NCBI RefSeq assembly: GCF_018977255.1
Contig: NW_024704743.1
Span: 58,716,001-58,780,000, forward strand
Reading direction: 5' to 3'
Source of the DNA: Callorhinchus milii
Lineage: Eukaryota
Length of the DNA: 64,000 bases
Shown: piece by piece, positions 13,031-27,219 of the stretch
Layout of the letters: each line of letters starts with the position of its first letter
Numbering within the stretch: the first letter of the stretch is position 1
Made by a program: the position numbers and the translations under genes
The notes under the pieces: model-generated
The model's database searches: none
What the model was told of the DNA's origin: nothing
Seen by the model: the letters and a program-made list of their open reading frames with translations, nothing else

Positions 13031-14334
13031 TATTCTTATGACACTCCTGTGCACAATTAGCTGTCGCATTTCGCCCCCAAAATACGCAGTCAATCCACTT
13101 TTCAATATATATTCTGTGAAGCACTTTGAGACATCTCAATGAATAATAAGGTGCTATATCAAATGCAAGGATATTATTGTTATTATATAGAGAGAATTCA
13201 CACCAAATTAATTGGCCATGGCCACTGACAAAGAAATGAATGCTTGCCAACAGATTCTATAAGTAAATAGCTAAATCCCATTGGACAATTGGACTCATAT
13301 CCTCATGCCTAGTGATTCCCTCAGACCAGTGACTAACTCACTCCTGAATATCCTTCTTATATCAGTATCTCTGTAGCACCAGTTAACATAACACAATGTC
13401 ACTATCGCATGTTGTACTCCACAAGGTAATAGTATTAATGCCACTAGCCACATCCAGTACCAGAAAATAAGGAACTTGCCATTTATTATTTGTGGATAAT
13501 ATTGAATATATCTTTCAAAATCAAAGACACTATTAAGATCAATGCAGATTAAAACTGATATTAAGACGTCAGCATTGTCTTCTAATATTAATGTTACCTC
13601 CTGCAGGGTATTGGAATAAATATCTTGCAGAACCTGACTCTTACAGGCATGGTAAAATACAAATGATGCTGCAGCACTTAGTTGCACAACACCATGCTTC
13701 TCTCAGATAATGTCAGAGCATTATAAGATTTAATGCCAAGACCCAGAGGCCCTTACCTTTCAGAGACTTTCTCCTGCACTTTACAATTGCAAGTTTTTGC
13801 CAAGCAATTCTAGCATGCAGCACAAGTCAGGAGAAAGTACTCCTAGTGCGGAACTAAGTGTCTCCCTATACTATTACAGCATTTGGGGAAATAAACAGTG
13901 CACATACAAAAGGGGACTGCTGTGAAAATTGATTGAGGTTGATGCTCAGACCTAAAGTTGACTATAAAAGATGCAATGAAACCAATCGATTGTGCAACCT
14001 TCATAATGTATAAGTGGAATTTGCCCACAAAATCCCAGCAGGAGAATGCAACAAAAAATTCTTGCTATGTTGCTTGTTTTAGCAAAAGTGTAGGTGCATG
14101 TAAAGAGCATCAAAATGCCGGGAGATGGTGCTAACAGCAGAACGGTTCACAGTGAGCCAAATGCACCGTATCCAAATTCCTCGGAAACCAGAGTGAAAAC
14201 AAAAGCTAATTATGTATGTGAAGACTGTGTTAAAGGCATTCTTGGGCGATGCTTGTGCAGTATTGCTTAACTAAGATAAATTGCGAAGTTCATATTTTAA
14301 TAATAATAGTCCTTGCATTTGACATTTTAGTGCA

Positions 14335-14850
14335 GGTTCCAAGGTGACATACTCGAAAATGGAATGTCGGAATCAAGTCAATCCTCTGCGGTGGTCTCAG
14401 AAGTCTAATTTCTGAGTTAGACAGTTCCACAGTACACCAGAGCACTGCTGACGACAGATCAGCCAGCCTGGCTCATCAGCAGGATCTGGAGAGGCAGACC
14501 AGAAACTGGGAGCAAGGATTCTTCCCACTCAGCTCCTGCAAGCCAAAACCCTACAGGGGTAAGGTGGTCCTAAAACAAGTAGCTTTCTAGACAGTAATCT
14601 CAGTAGCAAACTATGCAGTTTTAGCTGGTTAATCTCCAAGAGTCCCTAAACCTTGGCTCTCATCAACCTGCACCCAATACCCTCTGGAATTAGGTAATCA
14701 GTATGCATCCTCCAGAGAGAGAGTGTGCATTCTATTCCAAAGACTTCCATGGGTAGGGGGCGTACATGAGTGGAACCCACTTGTTTGAATACTCTTAGAT
14801 AAGGTGATTGCTTACCATACATATCAGATACATTGCTGATCAAATAGAAA
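14335..14850 (+). mobile_element. Family X repeat, copy D
   Basis: agccagcctggctcatcagcagg, cttcccactcagctcctg, gttttagctggtta, ggaattaggtaa, aatactcttag...gctgatc + aaatagaaa. Confidence 0.7.
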
Positions 14851-15881
14851 TTATGTGCAGGGCATTGATTGTCTTCACTGGCTGAGCAAGTGATCAAAGT
14901 TTATTTATTTCAGGCTCCTCTGTTTACATAACTTTAAAAATTATTATCCAATATTTCAACAGTACATTCGAGCATATTGGCAAATCACTTACCAGATCTG
15001 ACAACTGGAGACTTAGCGGAAAAGGAGGAAAATTTGTTCTAATGATCCAGGACTAAATGCTGTAGCATGATAGCAATAATCATACTAGTCTGCCTCATAG
15101 GTAATGTGAAGGACATCAGAGAACATTATGTATACACTATGTACAAAATTGCAGTCAATACATTTGCTATATCATTGCTTTGGACATTGACTTGCGTAAT
15201 GAACTGAAATACTGAAATACAAATGCAAGGATTAAAAAATTTTTTTTCTCAGGTATGATGCTGAATTTATGGATTGCTCTGCAGAATTTAAGACTTGCAA
15301 ATGACAGAATTTAATAAGACTGTTGAATATACTAAGACATGTACTAAGACAAGACCTCTAGCTATGGCAAAATAGAAAAGTTTTTAAACTCTCAAAAGAT
15401 GTGAATGGTGCTAAAATTTTAATGATATTGGCCTTTATATCTGTGATCCCGATCTTATTATCAGCATGGTTTGTCTCTACTCTGACCTACACAAATGGAT
15501 AAAAAATATTTGAACGTTTACTCTCCCCTGCATGTGGTTACATTGGAGCTCTGCTTAATACAGCAGGATGAATAGCATATAACAAGACTTGTGTGTAGTG
15601 AGATTACTAATAGATTGCTAGAAAGGGTATTAAAAATACCGGGAAATGGGATTAAAAGATCTGGTACAATCTCATGAAATAGGGAGAAAGGCTCAACTGG
15701 CCAAGTGGCCTAGTCCTGTTCCTATATGTTCTAATGTAAAGGATCAAAGACAACAGGACCATTTAAATATGAAATTGACAGGTCAAACTACATGTACCCA
15801 TCAAGAATAGAAAATGCTTTTGCTGTCTTTCATTACAAATTTAGGAGCTCTCAATTCCATAAAATTGGTATTCTAAACATT

Positions 15882-16205
15882 CAGGGCGAAACGCTGGACA
15901 AGTTTCTTTACTCCACACGCCTCTGTTTGCCTAGTAGTAAGTAGGAACCTAGTTGTTAGTCAATTGACGGATTGCTTTTCTAGGGGCAATAATTCCTTCA
16001 AAAATTCAATAAAATAATAATGATAATAATATTGTCACTCAATCTACGATTGTTTCTGGGACACTGCTGTGCACAATTGGCTGCCGCGTTTCCCCCACAA
16101 AATACACAGTCACTACACTTTACAGTGTATCCCACAAAGCACTTTGAGACGTCGACGACAACATGATAAGGCGCCATATCAAATGCAAGGATTATTATTA
16201 TTATT
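15882..16205 (+). mobile_element. tRNA-Ala-headed SINE, head truncated
   Basis: cagggcgaaacgctggacaagtttctttactccacacgcctctgtttgcctag...ataaggcgccatatcaaatgcaaggattattattatt. Confidence 0.85.
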
Positions 16206-16854
16206 CAGATTATTGAAGGTTAATAATTTAAGGAACTTAGAGCTGAGCATGGGTTCAAGAATCCAGTCTGTTTTATTCTGAACTCCAGTTATAAGTTATA
16301 AGATCTCTGAATCAGCATTGAATTCTTGAAATAGTAATAGGTTCATCATAGTGCATGATCTGGCTACTGTGTTGCCACAATTGAACACATCTCACCAAGT
16401 AAGTGAAAATCAGAAATTGTTCTGAGGCAGGTCCCCCTTCATCCATGTCAGATCAATTCAGATCCAAATGAAAATTTACCATCCACAACAGGATCAAGCT
16501 GTTTACTCACATGATTAAATACATATCAGCTTTTCTAACATGATCGATGGGGTGAAAATTGCAACCTTTGATGTGTTAGTTAATACACTGCTAAAAAATG
16601 CAATCCATCAATATCTTAATCTCCTGACTGGTCCCAGAGATGACCCTCCCTCCCCGCAATGATTCTGTCACAAATGTTGTGCCTGAAACCAGCCACAGCA
16701 TGCTGACTTCATGATGGTTAGGGAATACTATCTTAATTCAGCAGAAATTAGGGAGATGTCTAAATATTTTCAAGAACCTTATTGAATTTACAGAGTTTTA
16801 AAATCTGCAGAACAATCCATAACTTAGGCATGGTAATGGATTATTTCAGTTGAT

Positions 16855-17430
16855 TTTTTGCGGGATCAGCCAGGTTTCTAAAACATGAAGGAAACCCATC
16901 ACCATGCTTAAGAGTATCCAAACCAAACTGAGAATACCATGCATCCCAACTACAATGCTGGAATGGAATGCACACTCTCTCCCAAGAGGGATGCATCCTG
17001 CTTACCTAATTCCAGAAAATATTAGGAGCAGGTTGGCAAGAGCCAAGGCTTGGGGAAACCCAGAGTGTGCGTTGGGGTACGGCTGGAGTCTAACCAGCTA
17101 AAACTGTATAACTTGCCATTGATATTACTGTCCGACAAGCTTTCTTGCTGCTTGTCCAGCAAGGACCACCCTATCGTTTAGGGCTTTGACTTGTGGGGTT
17201 AACAGGAGCTGAGTGGGAGGATTCCCTACCCCTAGTGACAGGTCTCCTCTTCCAAGTCCTGCTGATGAGCCAGGCTAGCCGTGCTGTTATCAGCTGTGCC
17301 CTGGAATACTGCGGACCCATCTGGCTCAGGAACTGGACTACCAAGACTGCCAGAAGGGTGGTTCAATTCCAATATTCCATTCTGAAACATGTCATCTTGG
17401 AGCCTAGGAAACTCTGCTTACCTACCATCC
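16855..17430 (-). mobile_element. Family X repeat, longest copy E (~575 bp)
   Basis: Collinear with copies A and D over its length; same end motif. Confidence 0.75.
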
Positions 17431-17812
17431 CCCCCAGATGAGAGTCACAGCGCAATGCAGTGCTGGAGTTCACCATATTGTCCGAAAGGTCATTCTTTGA
17501 ATGAGACATTAATGCAAGCCTGTTTGTCTGTCCAGGTGAACGCTAAAGATCCCATTGAATTATTTGATAAGTCCTGGCCAACAATCCCCCAGATACAATT
17601 GTTCATTTGCTTCAAAGCTGTGTATCTTGTGTTTTAAGTGCAAGGATTATTATATTCTTACAGCTGTTTGTGGGACTTTGCTGTGCACAAATTGACTGCC
17701 ACATTTGCCTACAAAAAACAGTCACTGGACTTGACACTAAATTCTGTGAAGCGCTTTGAGATGTCCTCCCAACATGAAAAGTGGTATATAAATGTAAATT
17801 AATTTTGTTATT
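17431..17812 (+). mobile_element. DeuSINE (SacSINE1-like), 5'-truncated
   Basis: gatgagacattaa-like block, tccaggtgaacgctaaagatcccat, gctgtttgtgggactttgctgtgcacaaattg and an L2-type tail. Confidence 0.7.
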
Positions 17813-19926
17813 TGTTAACAAGATTCTTCAATAAGGATTTTTCTAGTGACCAGAGAGATATCGCTCCAACCCATGTTAACATTATCTGGTGTGATCTACT
17901 TCTGACGGGAATTCCAACAGAAATACCAAAGGTAGGTGCCTACATTTCCAATGTGAAATTTCCATTACATTTTCCTGTGTGCATACATTTTTCGAGTTCC
18001 CTCCCCATACATGCAGAGCCTGAGATTCTCAATGTGTTTTTGTTACATTGGATGAAGGAGTCAAGTTGCTTAGGCAAAAAACATCAAAGTCCAATTGTCC
18101 AAAATCTACTCATTCAAATGTTCTAGGGGGTAGACCTAGTTTTCAGGTTTTTCTTGATTGAATTTGTCTTGCTTTATGGTATAAATCAAGAAATATTCAA
18201 TCAAGAGAATTCATTACAAAGGTAGCCCAGCACTGGTCAAGACTCACATTATATCAAGTGCTCTAGAATACTAACCTGTGTGAGGGGCACTATAGAAATG
18301 CAAGTTGTTGTTGTTATTGTTACATCACATATGAACAACTGATGTTACAATGATAATCTTACAAAGATGAAAAATGGAAAATTCAGAAGTGGAACAATTT
18401 TAAAAATATTCTAAATACAGTACATTAGAGCACAGTGGACCACAGAATGTGCACTGGGGTACACCTAGATTTTAAACAGCAAAAACCGTGTAGCTTGCCA
18501 TTAAGAGCATTGACGGGCATGATTCCCACATAACTCCTTCAAAAAAGAACAACATAAGTACAAGTCTGTATTGTAAGATTGAGGGAGAGTGGCCGACTGA
18601 GGGGAATAAATACTTCCCAATACAGTAGTCTTATTTTTTAAATGTTCAAAACTAATTTATAGGCCTTTCTACTTCAAATTGCCGCAATACAGTGTTTCTC
18701 CTGAAACTCAGCTCCCATTATCGTTCTTCACCAAACAACGATTAGATGCACCTCACGCTAACGTTTCTAATAGTCCTAGGCCTAAGACTATTATGTTAAA
18801 ATTTAAGATCGTGCAGAATTTGAGAACATTTATCAATTCAATTTTTAAATTCTTATTTTATAAGTTGGTTTTCTGCAGCTCTTAAAAATCACCACCAAAA
18901 TTAATACTGAATTTAAGACCTTTCTAAAATTCTAAATATTAAGGCAACGTTCTTAAAACTATGATTATGATAAATTTCAGGCCTCGGGTTAAATGTTCCT
19001 GCCCTCAAAGCTGCCATTCTTAATTTGCGCATCGCCTACTAAAAATGGGACTGCGCAAGATTGATTGCTCCTACTTAAGGCAGTGCATCTACAACTACAT
19101 GCTAAACTTGGTCTGACTACAGTATTCCCTCTCAGTACTGTTAAGACTGCTCTCTGGAGCTGCAATTTACTTTAAAAAGTGAAAACTGGTTTATATGTAC
19201 AATGCTGCCCAATCTATCATCTGTTTTCACCCATATATCGAAAATGGATGCTCATTTGGACTCGTGTTCTCTTCAGCTCATTTCAGTGCATAGGGAATTC
19301 ATCATATTTGTCGACATAATTTAAGCAATTTTTCCTGCAATTTATTCATGATTTCTTGCATTTTGTACCATGACAAATTATTAACCTCTAACAATCTTTA
19401 GCTACACTAGTTTAGCTGTTTAAGTTCTCTTAGATTGTGTTTCTGATCATTTTGATCTACAATAAAGTCAAGGATTCTATTTTCAACAAAATAATCATTC
19501 ATCCATTTGATATAGCTCCTTTCCCATCCTGAGGGAGATGTCTCAAAGTACTTCAGAGGATTTACAATAACTTGCATTTTATATCGCGTCCTTCACACAG
19601 GATAAAATCACGGAGCATTTAATAACGTCTTGGAGCACTTTCTGTATAATGTAATGACTGTATTTTATAGGCAAAAGTTGCAGCTAATTGGCACACAGCA
19701 ATGTTCCATAAACCGCCATGATGTGAATGATCAATTTTATCCAACAACTTCAGGATCAACTTCAGGTTAATCCTCCCATGCTTTTTCTCATACTTTGGCG
19801 ATAAGCAGTCTCTGATAGGTTGGTATCTCGCCTTTACCTTCATCACCCACCCCTCATAGGAGGAGTTAAGGAAATTTATGCTAACAGTGAGAATTTATGT
19901 TAACACAGAGGTATTGAACCTTTATG

Positions 19927-20285
19927 TGGAGTCCTGTAGCTCAGTGGTTAGAGCACTAGCCTCACAAGCAAGAGACCTGAGTTTGATTCCCGGGCAGGGT
20001 GAAATGTTGGGCAAAGTTCCTTACTTCACACACCTCTGTTTACCTAGCAGTAAGTAGGAAACTGGTTGTTAGTCGTTTGGCGGATCACTTTTCTGGGGGA
20101 AATAATTCCTTNAAAAAAAGGTCACTTGGCCATGACTGCTTGTGGGACACTACTGTGCCCAATTGGCTGCTGCTTTCTCCCACGAATATACAGTCAATTC
20201 ACTTTACAGTATAATCTGTGAAGAGCTTTGAGACGTCTCAAAGACGTGATAAGTGCTATATCAAAATGCAAGGATCATTATTTAT
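19927..20285 (+). mobile_element. Full-length tRNA-Ala-headed SINE with CORE-like middle and L2-type tail
   Basis: A box tagctcagtggtt, B box gtttgattcc, ttgggcaaagttccttact...cctctgtttacctagcagtaagtagg, tail gtgataagtgctatatcaaaatgcaaggatcatta. Confidence 0.9.
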
Positions 20286-21179
20286 ATTTATTTATTTATA
20301 ACTGGGAGGTTGTATCCCCACCAAAATAAGATTAAAAAGCTAAAGGGAAACATTTACACTGACTGTTTGAGAGATTGTAGAAACCATTCAGGAGAAGGAA
20401 AGATGTATGTATTGTGTGATGTAAAAGGAGAGTGCAAAAACTGAGTTTCGAGGGATGGACTCTGGAACTCTCTGCCTTGCCACCTCTTAACAATTTTTAG
20501 ATCACACATTAAGACCTCCCTCTTCCACCATGCCTATGGTCACCTCCCGTCTCTCCCAAGCTCGACGTCAAGCTCAGCCACCGCTAAGTGCTCCAAGACT
20601 CTACCACGCATGAAGAAATACAAGTTATTGTTTATATAGGCACCAAAGCAGAGAAAGTATACATTTAGAAGTCAGTCAGAGTGAGAGAGTTCAGCAAGAA
20701 GAATAGAGAACAATGAGGTAATAAGAAGGAGCGATCAGGCTGTAGTAACAGAATGCACCATGACGAGAATATTGTAATAGGCAAGGAATGTCTGCCCTAA
20801 AGAAAGAAAGAATTTGAACTACTGTAGATTCTCAAAGCACTTTACCAACAGAGCAGAAACTATTCTCACAAACCAAGATACGTTTGAGATATACACAGAT
20901 CATAGGAGGGTTCTATCATATACTTGTATTGTTTTCTGGATTTATCTTTCATTGAAACAAATGACACTCATATTTATAATCTAATGAAGGACACATTGAC
21001 ATTACTCAAATTCAATTGGCTTGCCATTCTCCACGACCCTCATTTTCTCAACTTCACCTTACAGGAAAGCAGTAATCATGGAGGATATTACCTTCTCTCC
21101 CTTCTCTTAAGCAGGATCACCTCAATTTGATCCTCCTCTACATCAGTCATTCAGACCTTAGGATTAATTATTATTATTA

Positions 21180-21478
21180 TTAATAATAATCATCCTTACA
21201 TTTGGTATAACACCTTTCAAGTTGGGAGGATGTCTCAAAGCACTTTATAGGATGCACGGTAAAGTTTTTTTGTGGGGGTGAACTTGACAGCCAATTTGCA
21301 TACAGCAAATAAAATGAATATAATAATAATATTAATAATAATAGCAATTTATTTGGAGGATTGTTGGCCAGGACACTGGGAGAAACTCCCTTCTTTTTTC
21401 AATAGGGCCATGGGATCTTTAATGTCCACCTGAACAAAGAGATGAAGCCTCGGTTTAACATCTCATCCAAAGGATTGA
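21180..21478 (-). mobile_element. DeuSINE 3' half
   Basis: ggccaggacactgggagaaactccc...gccatgggatctttaatgtccacctga...cggtttaacatctcatccaaagga is the Deu-domain reverse complement. Confidence 0.75.
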
Positions 21479-22629
21479 GTACATTGATCTCTGTCCCAGC
21501 ATTATGATCTTGATATTGCTCCCTTATTGAGAAGCCTAAGCAGAGTCTCATCCTCTTTGCAATGAGAGCTAAATGATGCTTATTGAGAATGACCTAGCTT
21601 AATATGTTTTGCCCACAAAATATACAGTCACTACACTTTACATTATAGTCTGTGAAGCACCTTGAGGCATCTTAAATATGTGATAAGGCTCTATATCAAA
21701 TGCAAGGATTACTATTATTATTATTGTTTTGTGATGATGTACGAAAATGCTCTCCCTGGCATTCTTCTATTTTGCTTTCATTTAAACACAATCAATGCTT
21801 TTGACATTGAAGTTGAAAATTTGATTTACCTCAGAATAAAATATTTTAAATACTTAAAAAGCATACCAAACAGAATATGTAATCATTCTCTTTTTAAAAA
21901 TACACTAAAAAAAATCTTTTGTCACCAAAGCGAGACTTAGAAATTTTAAGTGAAAATCTCTCCTAGCAACACCTGCTGTCAGAATGTGGTACTACAAGAG
22001 AAATATTCACGTTCACAAGTAACCCATTAACCACAAGTTCAAAAGAGAAGTTTGGATGAAGAAGGCTCTTCAGTCCGTTTGGTCTCATTTGGTCCAAAAT
22101 AACACAAGCACAATTATGTACCTGACTTGTGCATCTGTACTTGGACATGGCAAAGGGTAGACATGCCCTCAGTTTGGTAACACCGATTACATGACTGACT
22201 TAAATGAAGTCGTGTCATGTCATGTACTCTCCACATAATAGAATGAACTGTACACATTGATACAGTCTTGTTTCAGATTTTGCCAATTCAAATTGCTATC
22301 TTCACTGCTGAATTGCACTTTCGCAGCCAGTAAAGATAAGTTACAATAAACACAATGAATATAAACCTGAATAAAATTACATGATGTCTAGAGTGGCTCT
22401 TCCTAAACCCTGAAACTGAACATATATGTCACAAACTAAAATTCAATTATGCCAACCTTTCACTGTAAGGAGTGCTGTATAAATTGTAATGGACTTGTAT
22501 GATCTGAAAGCAAATCTCGCTAGAGTTTGATTGCTGGGACAAGACCATTTTGCAAAGATGGTTTCAGCATCAGCTTGATTCACCATGGTCCAGTTTAGAT
22601 GGATTTCTTGAAGGTTCTGGAGCACCCAG

Positions 22630-23095
22630 CTATTTTTAAGTGGTCAACTAAATTCCCCATCATACCAGTCCTTGCCAGGCTGCACTGGCTCCCAATTTCC
22701 AAACGGATCAATTTCAATATCCTCTCACTCGTTTTCAAATCACTTCATGCCCTCACACCTCCCTACCTATCCGATTTGCTTCCCCCCCCACCCCAACACC
22801 CGCTGACTCTGCTCGGCTGGCTCCGGCCTCCTGTTTGTCCCTCATCCCCTCTGCTCCACCATCGGTGGCCGTGCCTTCAGCCACTATTCCCCGAAACTCT
22901 GGAACTCTCTCCCTCAATCCCTCCACCTTGCTCCTCCCTCCTCATTATAAAATCCTGCCTAAAGACCTTCCTTTTTGATTGTGCTTACAGTCACCTCTCC
23001 TGTTATCCCTCACTGGATCGGGATCAGGCTTCGCCACTGTCAAGCGCTCCGATACGCTACCCCGCGTGAAATTAATGCAAGTTGTCGTTGTAGAT
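22630..23095 (+). mobile_element. L2 LINE 3' fragment
   Basis: ORF 22599-23069 contains PVLARLHWLPISKRINFNILSLVFKSLHALTPPYLSDLL and LKTFLFDCAY. Confidence 0.9.
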
Positions 23096-23607
23096 TGAGC
23101 TAACACAATCTGACATTCCAATGTGGTGCTGGTGGTGTGCTGCTTTGTTGATGTACTAGCCAACAATCCCCAGATTTTCTTTAATCTCTAATTACATGTG
23201 CCAAAGATAGCACAAAGCACCTTTACTAGCCAAATATAGCATTTAGGTACGTCAGCTTTTGTATGAATGTGGAAATGCGGAGATGTGTTTAAGAATGTAG
23301 ACTACACAATTGAAGAAGAAAGTACAAGACATTTGAACCACATTAATTATATGGTTTACTGTAGTTAAGACATTTTAACCAAATACATTTATAGTTTTTT
23401 TTAAATAGCATGTGTTTTTTTAAAGACGCAATTGTTGGAGAATAATACGTAATGGTGATAAAAGAGAATTTTTTTTGCACAAGGTCATTCTATGAAACAT
23501 TCTGCAACACAAAGTTTTTTAATAAACTACTTGTGTTTTTAATGGTTACACTTGTTCACTTCAAACGCTCGCCATACTGGATCCCTTCATCAGGAATACT
23601 CCATCAG

Positions 23608-24050
23608 CCTGGCTTTGTTGGTAGCATTCTCACCTCCGACTTCAAGCTCCATGTCGGGATTTTGAGCTCAAAGTCTGGGCTGACACCAGTCCAACGCTGC
23701 ATTGTCGGAGGTACCATCCTTCGGATCAGACATTAAATCAAAGTCCTGTCTGCCTGCGCTCCAGGACGCTAGCCTGCGTATATAAATACTATATAAGTTG
23801 ATGATGTTAGCTGTTCAGGTGACGTTAAAAATCCCATGACACTATTCAAAAAGAGAAGGAAATTTCTTCCAATGTGCGAGCCAATAAGCTGCTAATTGTT
23901 TTTAAAAATTGAGTCATTCACTTTATGGCCATTTATAGGACACTGCTTTGTGCAAATGGGTTGTCACATCCGTAATTCCTGTGAAGTGCTTTGAAAAGTC
24001 CTCCTGGCATGAAAGGCGCTATACCAACTGTAAGGACTATTATTATTATT
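23608..24050 (+). mobile_element. DeuSINE (SacSINE1-like) with a ~55-bp L2-tail-like insertion at ~23757-23812
   Basis: gggctgacacc...gctgcattgtcggaggtaccatccttcggatcagacattaaatc...caggtgacgttaaaaatcccatgacactatt; tail gaaaggcgctatacc. Confidence 0.8.
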
Positions 24051-25289
24051 CTGAATTCCCAAGTCTTTCAAATATCAAATTATCTCCAATGCAGCCTAAA
24101 ATCCGGTCTAGCAAGTGTTAATTCTTACCCTTAGCTGATGGTCTCTCACACAAGATTGTGCACAAGAGTATATATTTGTAGATAATTAAAGACAAAGAGC
24201 AACAACCCAGGAGGTAATGAGTGGAGCATCCCTCCACTGCCTCAAGCTGAGGTCCAGTGGCGTAATGGTTCAGATCACCATGGCAATGAGACTAAAAGAG
24301 ATAGCAGTGGAGAGGATAGATACAAATCGTATTAATGGCTTCTCTTGTGATTTCTAATTGGCAGATAAGATGTAGAGTTAGCGTTTTGTTTCTTCATTCA
24401 GTCTTCTGGGAGAAAATAGGTGTAATTAGGATTGAATTTCCAAATGACTTTGTTAAGCCATTTCTGGAGAATAGCTGTTCTGTTCTGCTCCAGCTCTCTT
24501 AGTGCCGAGTCCTTTAGTTAGGGTTCCAGGCCTGAGAAATGGGTGACTATAACTTTAGACTATTTGTAACATATGTGAATCGAATGAGCCAGTAATGCAT
24601 AGTTTGCAATAAAGGAAGCCCGGGTACCTGTGATATAACAAGAAGAACATAGCAATATACACTTTTTCTGTACAGGGGAGGGACTTTCAGCCTATCATGT
24701 TTTCTAGTTTATCTAAATAATAATAATAATCCTTACATTTTGTTAAAGCACTTTATCACGTCCTAGTTTGTCCTTGTTTGTCTTACTATTGTGTTCAATG
24801 AACATTTATGATCATCATTAAAAGGATAACACATTGGGGTCTAATTTTTAAGTGGCGCAAGTTGATTTGTAAGCTGTATTATATTAATAATCCTTGCATT
24901 GATATAGCACCTTATCATGTCATCAAAACATCTCAAAGGGCTCACAGAACATATTATAAATTAATTGACTGCATATTTTGTGGGCGAAACACCGCAGCCA
25001 ATTGCGCATAGCAGGGTCCCACTGGACTTCCAGCTCCTCCCTTACACAAGCTGCAGACCATCCAGAACTAGGCACCTGCATCGTCTCCTGGTTCTCTGGT
25101 CAATAATCCCGATAATAAAATTAACAAGAACAGGTACACTTACATTTATACGGGGCTCTTCATGCGGGGTAATATCTCGGAGCACTTAAATGCATATGGT
25201 CACTCACTTCATGGCAATTTGTGCGACATTGCTGTGTGAAAATTGGGATTGGAGTTCACCTATGAAATGTACAGTCACATATCTCATTG

Positions 25290-26050
25290 AGCTAGTGAAC
25301 ATCCTCAGTGTTGTGTTCAACCCTCAGCTCTCCGTTCTTCCCTGACCAAGAATGCTTTTCTTCATCTTCACCATATTGCCCATCCCCAGTCCTATTTCAT
25401 GCCCCTATTTCATGTGTCTATTATTTTAATTGCTACTGATATGCAGTAAAAAGCTATCACAAGTAAATCCTCGGGGGTGTAAGTGGCTGCTTGATTAAAA
25501 ACTCATCAAGCAGCCAGTTATACCACCTCCACCCCCTCACCCACCCCCCACTTGTTTTATGCAGCCAAAACTCTTATTCACACATTTGCTACCTCCAGAT
25601 TTGGCCTCTTCTTCCCTCCTCCCCAACTTTGCTATCCACAAACTCTAATTCATCTAAAATTCAGCTGCTCACAACCTGACACTAAATTTCGCTCACCAGA
25701 TCCCATTAGCTCCCGGTGGATTAATATCAAGATCCCTACTCTCACCCTCAAATTCCTACAATTCCTCCCCCACCCCCCACCCTGTGACCTTCTTCAGCCT
25801 CACTCTCCTACCCGTCTCCACTGTTCAGCAAATTTGAGCTTTCTGCATGTCCCTCATCCCATATTCAGCCAACTTGGAAACTCCATCCCTAAATCCCCAC
25901 TTTTCTATCTGTCTTTAAAAGGCTCCTGGAAACCTCCCTCTTCAATCTACCTATAGTTACCTCTCACTCACTGCCTGCTCAGGTCATAGCGAGTCCAGCA
26001 CCATCTCTGTAAAGCACTTTGAGACAGTACCAAAAGAAAATTAAGTTGTT
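25290..26050 (+). mobile_element. L2 LINE 3' fragment (decayed, interrupted)
   Basis: Translates to AAKTLIHTFATSR... and ...WINIKIPTLTLK; C-rich L2 composition. Confidence 0.7.
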
Positions 26051-27219
26051 GTGCATACTGGATGGTATGTTAGTCAATGCATCCTGGTTAGCAGACTCGG
26101 TCAACATTAATGAATCTGGGTCACTCATGCCAATGGCTTGGGGATAAGAGGGAAATTCTGTAGGATAAATCAGGTATTTATTTTTGGGCTGAAGAGTCTG
26201 TTTTGCTTATTATTTTTGTGCTTGTACAGGAATATTTGAGCCCCTTTAGATATGTACAATGTCTTAATCGATGCATAATAGAATTGTATGGCAATGCACG
26301 TCAACATTTGTTTATTTTCCAACTTTGCTTTGCAGTAACTAAACTGCAAGATAAATAGAAAATAAACAAGCTATTTTCCACACCATTGCTGCCTTTCTAT
26401 TGAAGCAGCGAGTATATCCCCCGAGAGTATACTTGTTTTAGCTTTTTACTGAATATCCGGTAGCAATGAAAATAATAGGAACATATTCTGATCACAGCTT
26501 AAACAGTGATTTGTGTAAATGTTGAACGTTACCAAGTAGGCCTTTCCTTTGTGCCCAAGTCATTTTAATGATGTGTGGAGCAGAAATTCTTTGAACCGTA
26601 CCCAATAAACTTTAGTAAGCAATATTGCAAATATTGTATTCTAACTTAGGATCTGAATTAAGAAGGAAAAGAAAAGTAGGCTACAGTAAGTTTTAAGTAC
26701 TGTATCTATTTAGCAAACATTAAACATTTTCCTTTTCCATTCTTTGCTGATCCACAAGTAACCTATCCAATAAGTGTATCACAGACTCATTTTCACATTT
26801 AGGTAAATTAAGCAAAAGAGCAGAAAATGTACACTGAAGAGGATGATTCATGTGCCCTTTTACGTTAAAACTAATTAGCCTAGTAATGAATCCTTGTTAA
26901 TGGGAAGCAGTGGTCCTGCACTGAATCATTTCCATGGCGAATAATAACAGATCATAGCAAGTGTTAAGTTGGTCATGTTTCATGTATTACTTGAATGTGT
27001 GGAGGATGAACTGCTGATATTATCAGGATTAAAATTTTAATAAAACTCATAGTAAACCCATGATTCCACTAAATGGTAATGAAAAGCTAAATGACCAATT
27101 GCTATCCTCAAAATGGATGGCAAATGGATAAACTGGCGTCAGGATGGTGACTTTGAGAACACTGATAGGAGGGGTCACCTACAAATCCCCGCAGTTTAAT
27201 CTAAAACTTCATCACACGT

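Noticed and set aside
17255..17300. Hammerhead ribozyme in family X (ctgatga-gcca-ggc-t(a/g)gc)
   Set aside because: No GAAA follows the putative stem II in either copy (cgtgc, tgatc); the ctgatga instead pairs with a downstream complement.
20112..20112. Ambiguous base N (another at 50640)
   Set aside because: Both adjoin the SINE A/T tract; homopolymer assembly uncertainty, not biology.
26525..26590. Possible NXPH1 signal-peptide exon (minus strand ...tacttg|gtaac)
   Set aside because: The in-frame upstream sequence has a stop codon and no hydrophobic signal peptide.
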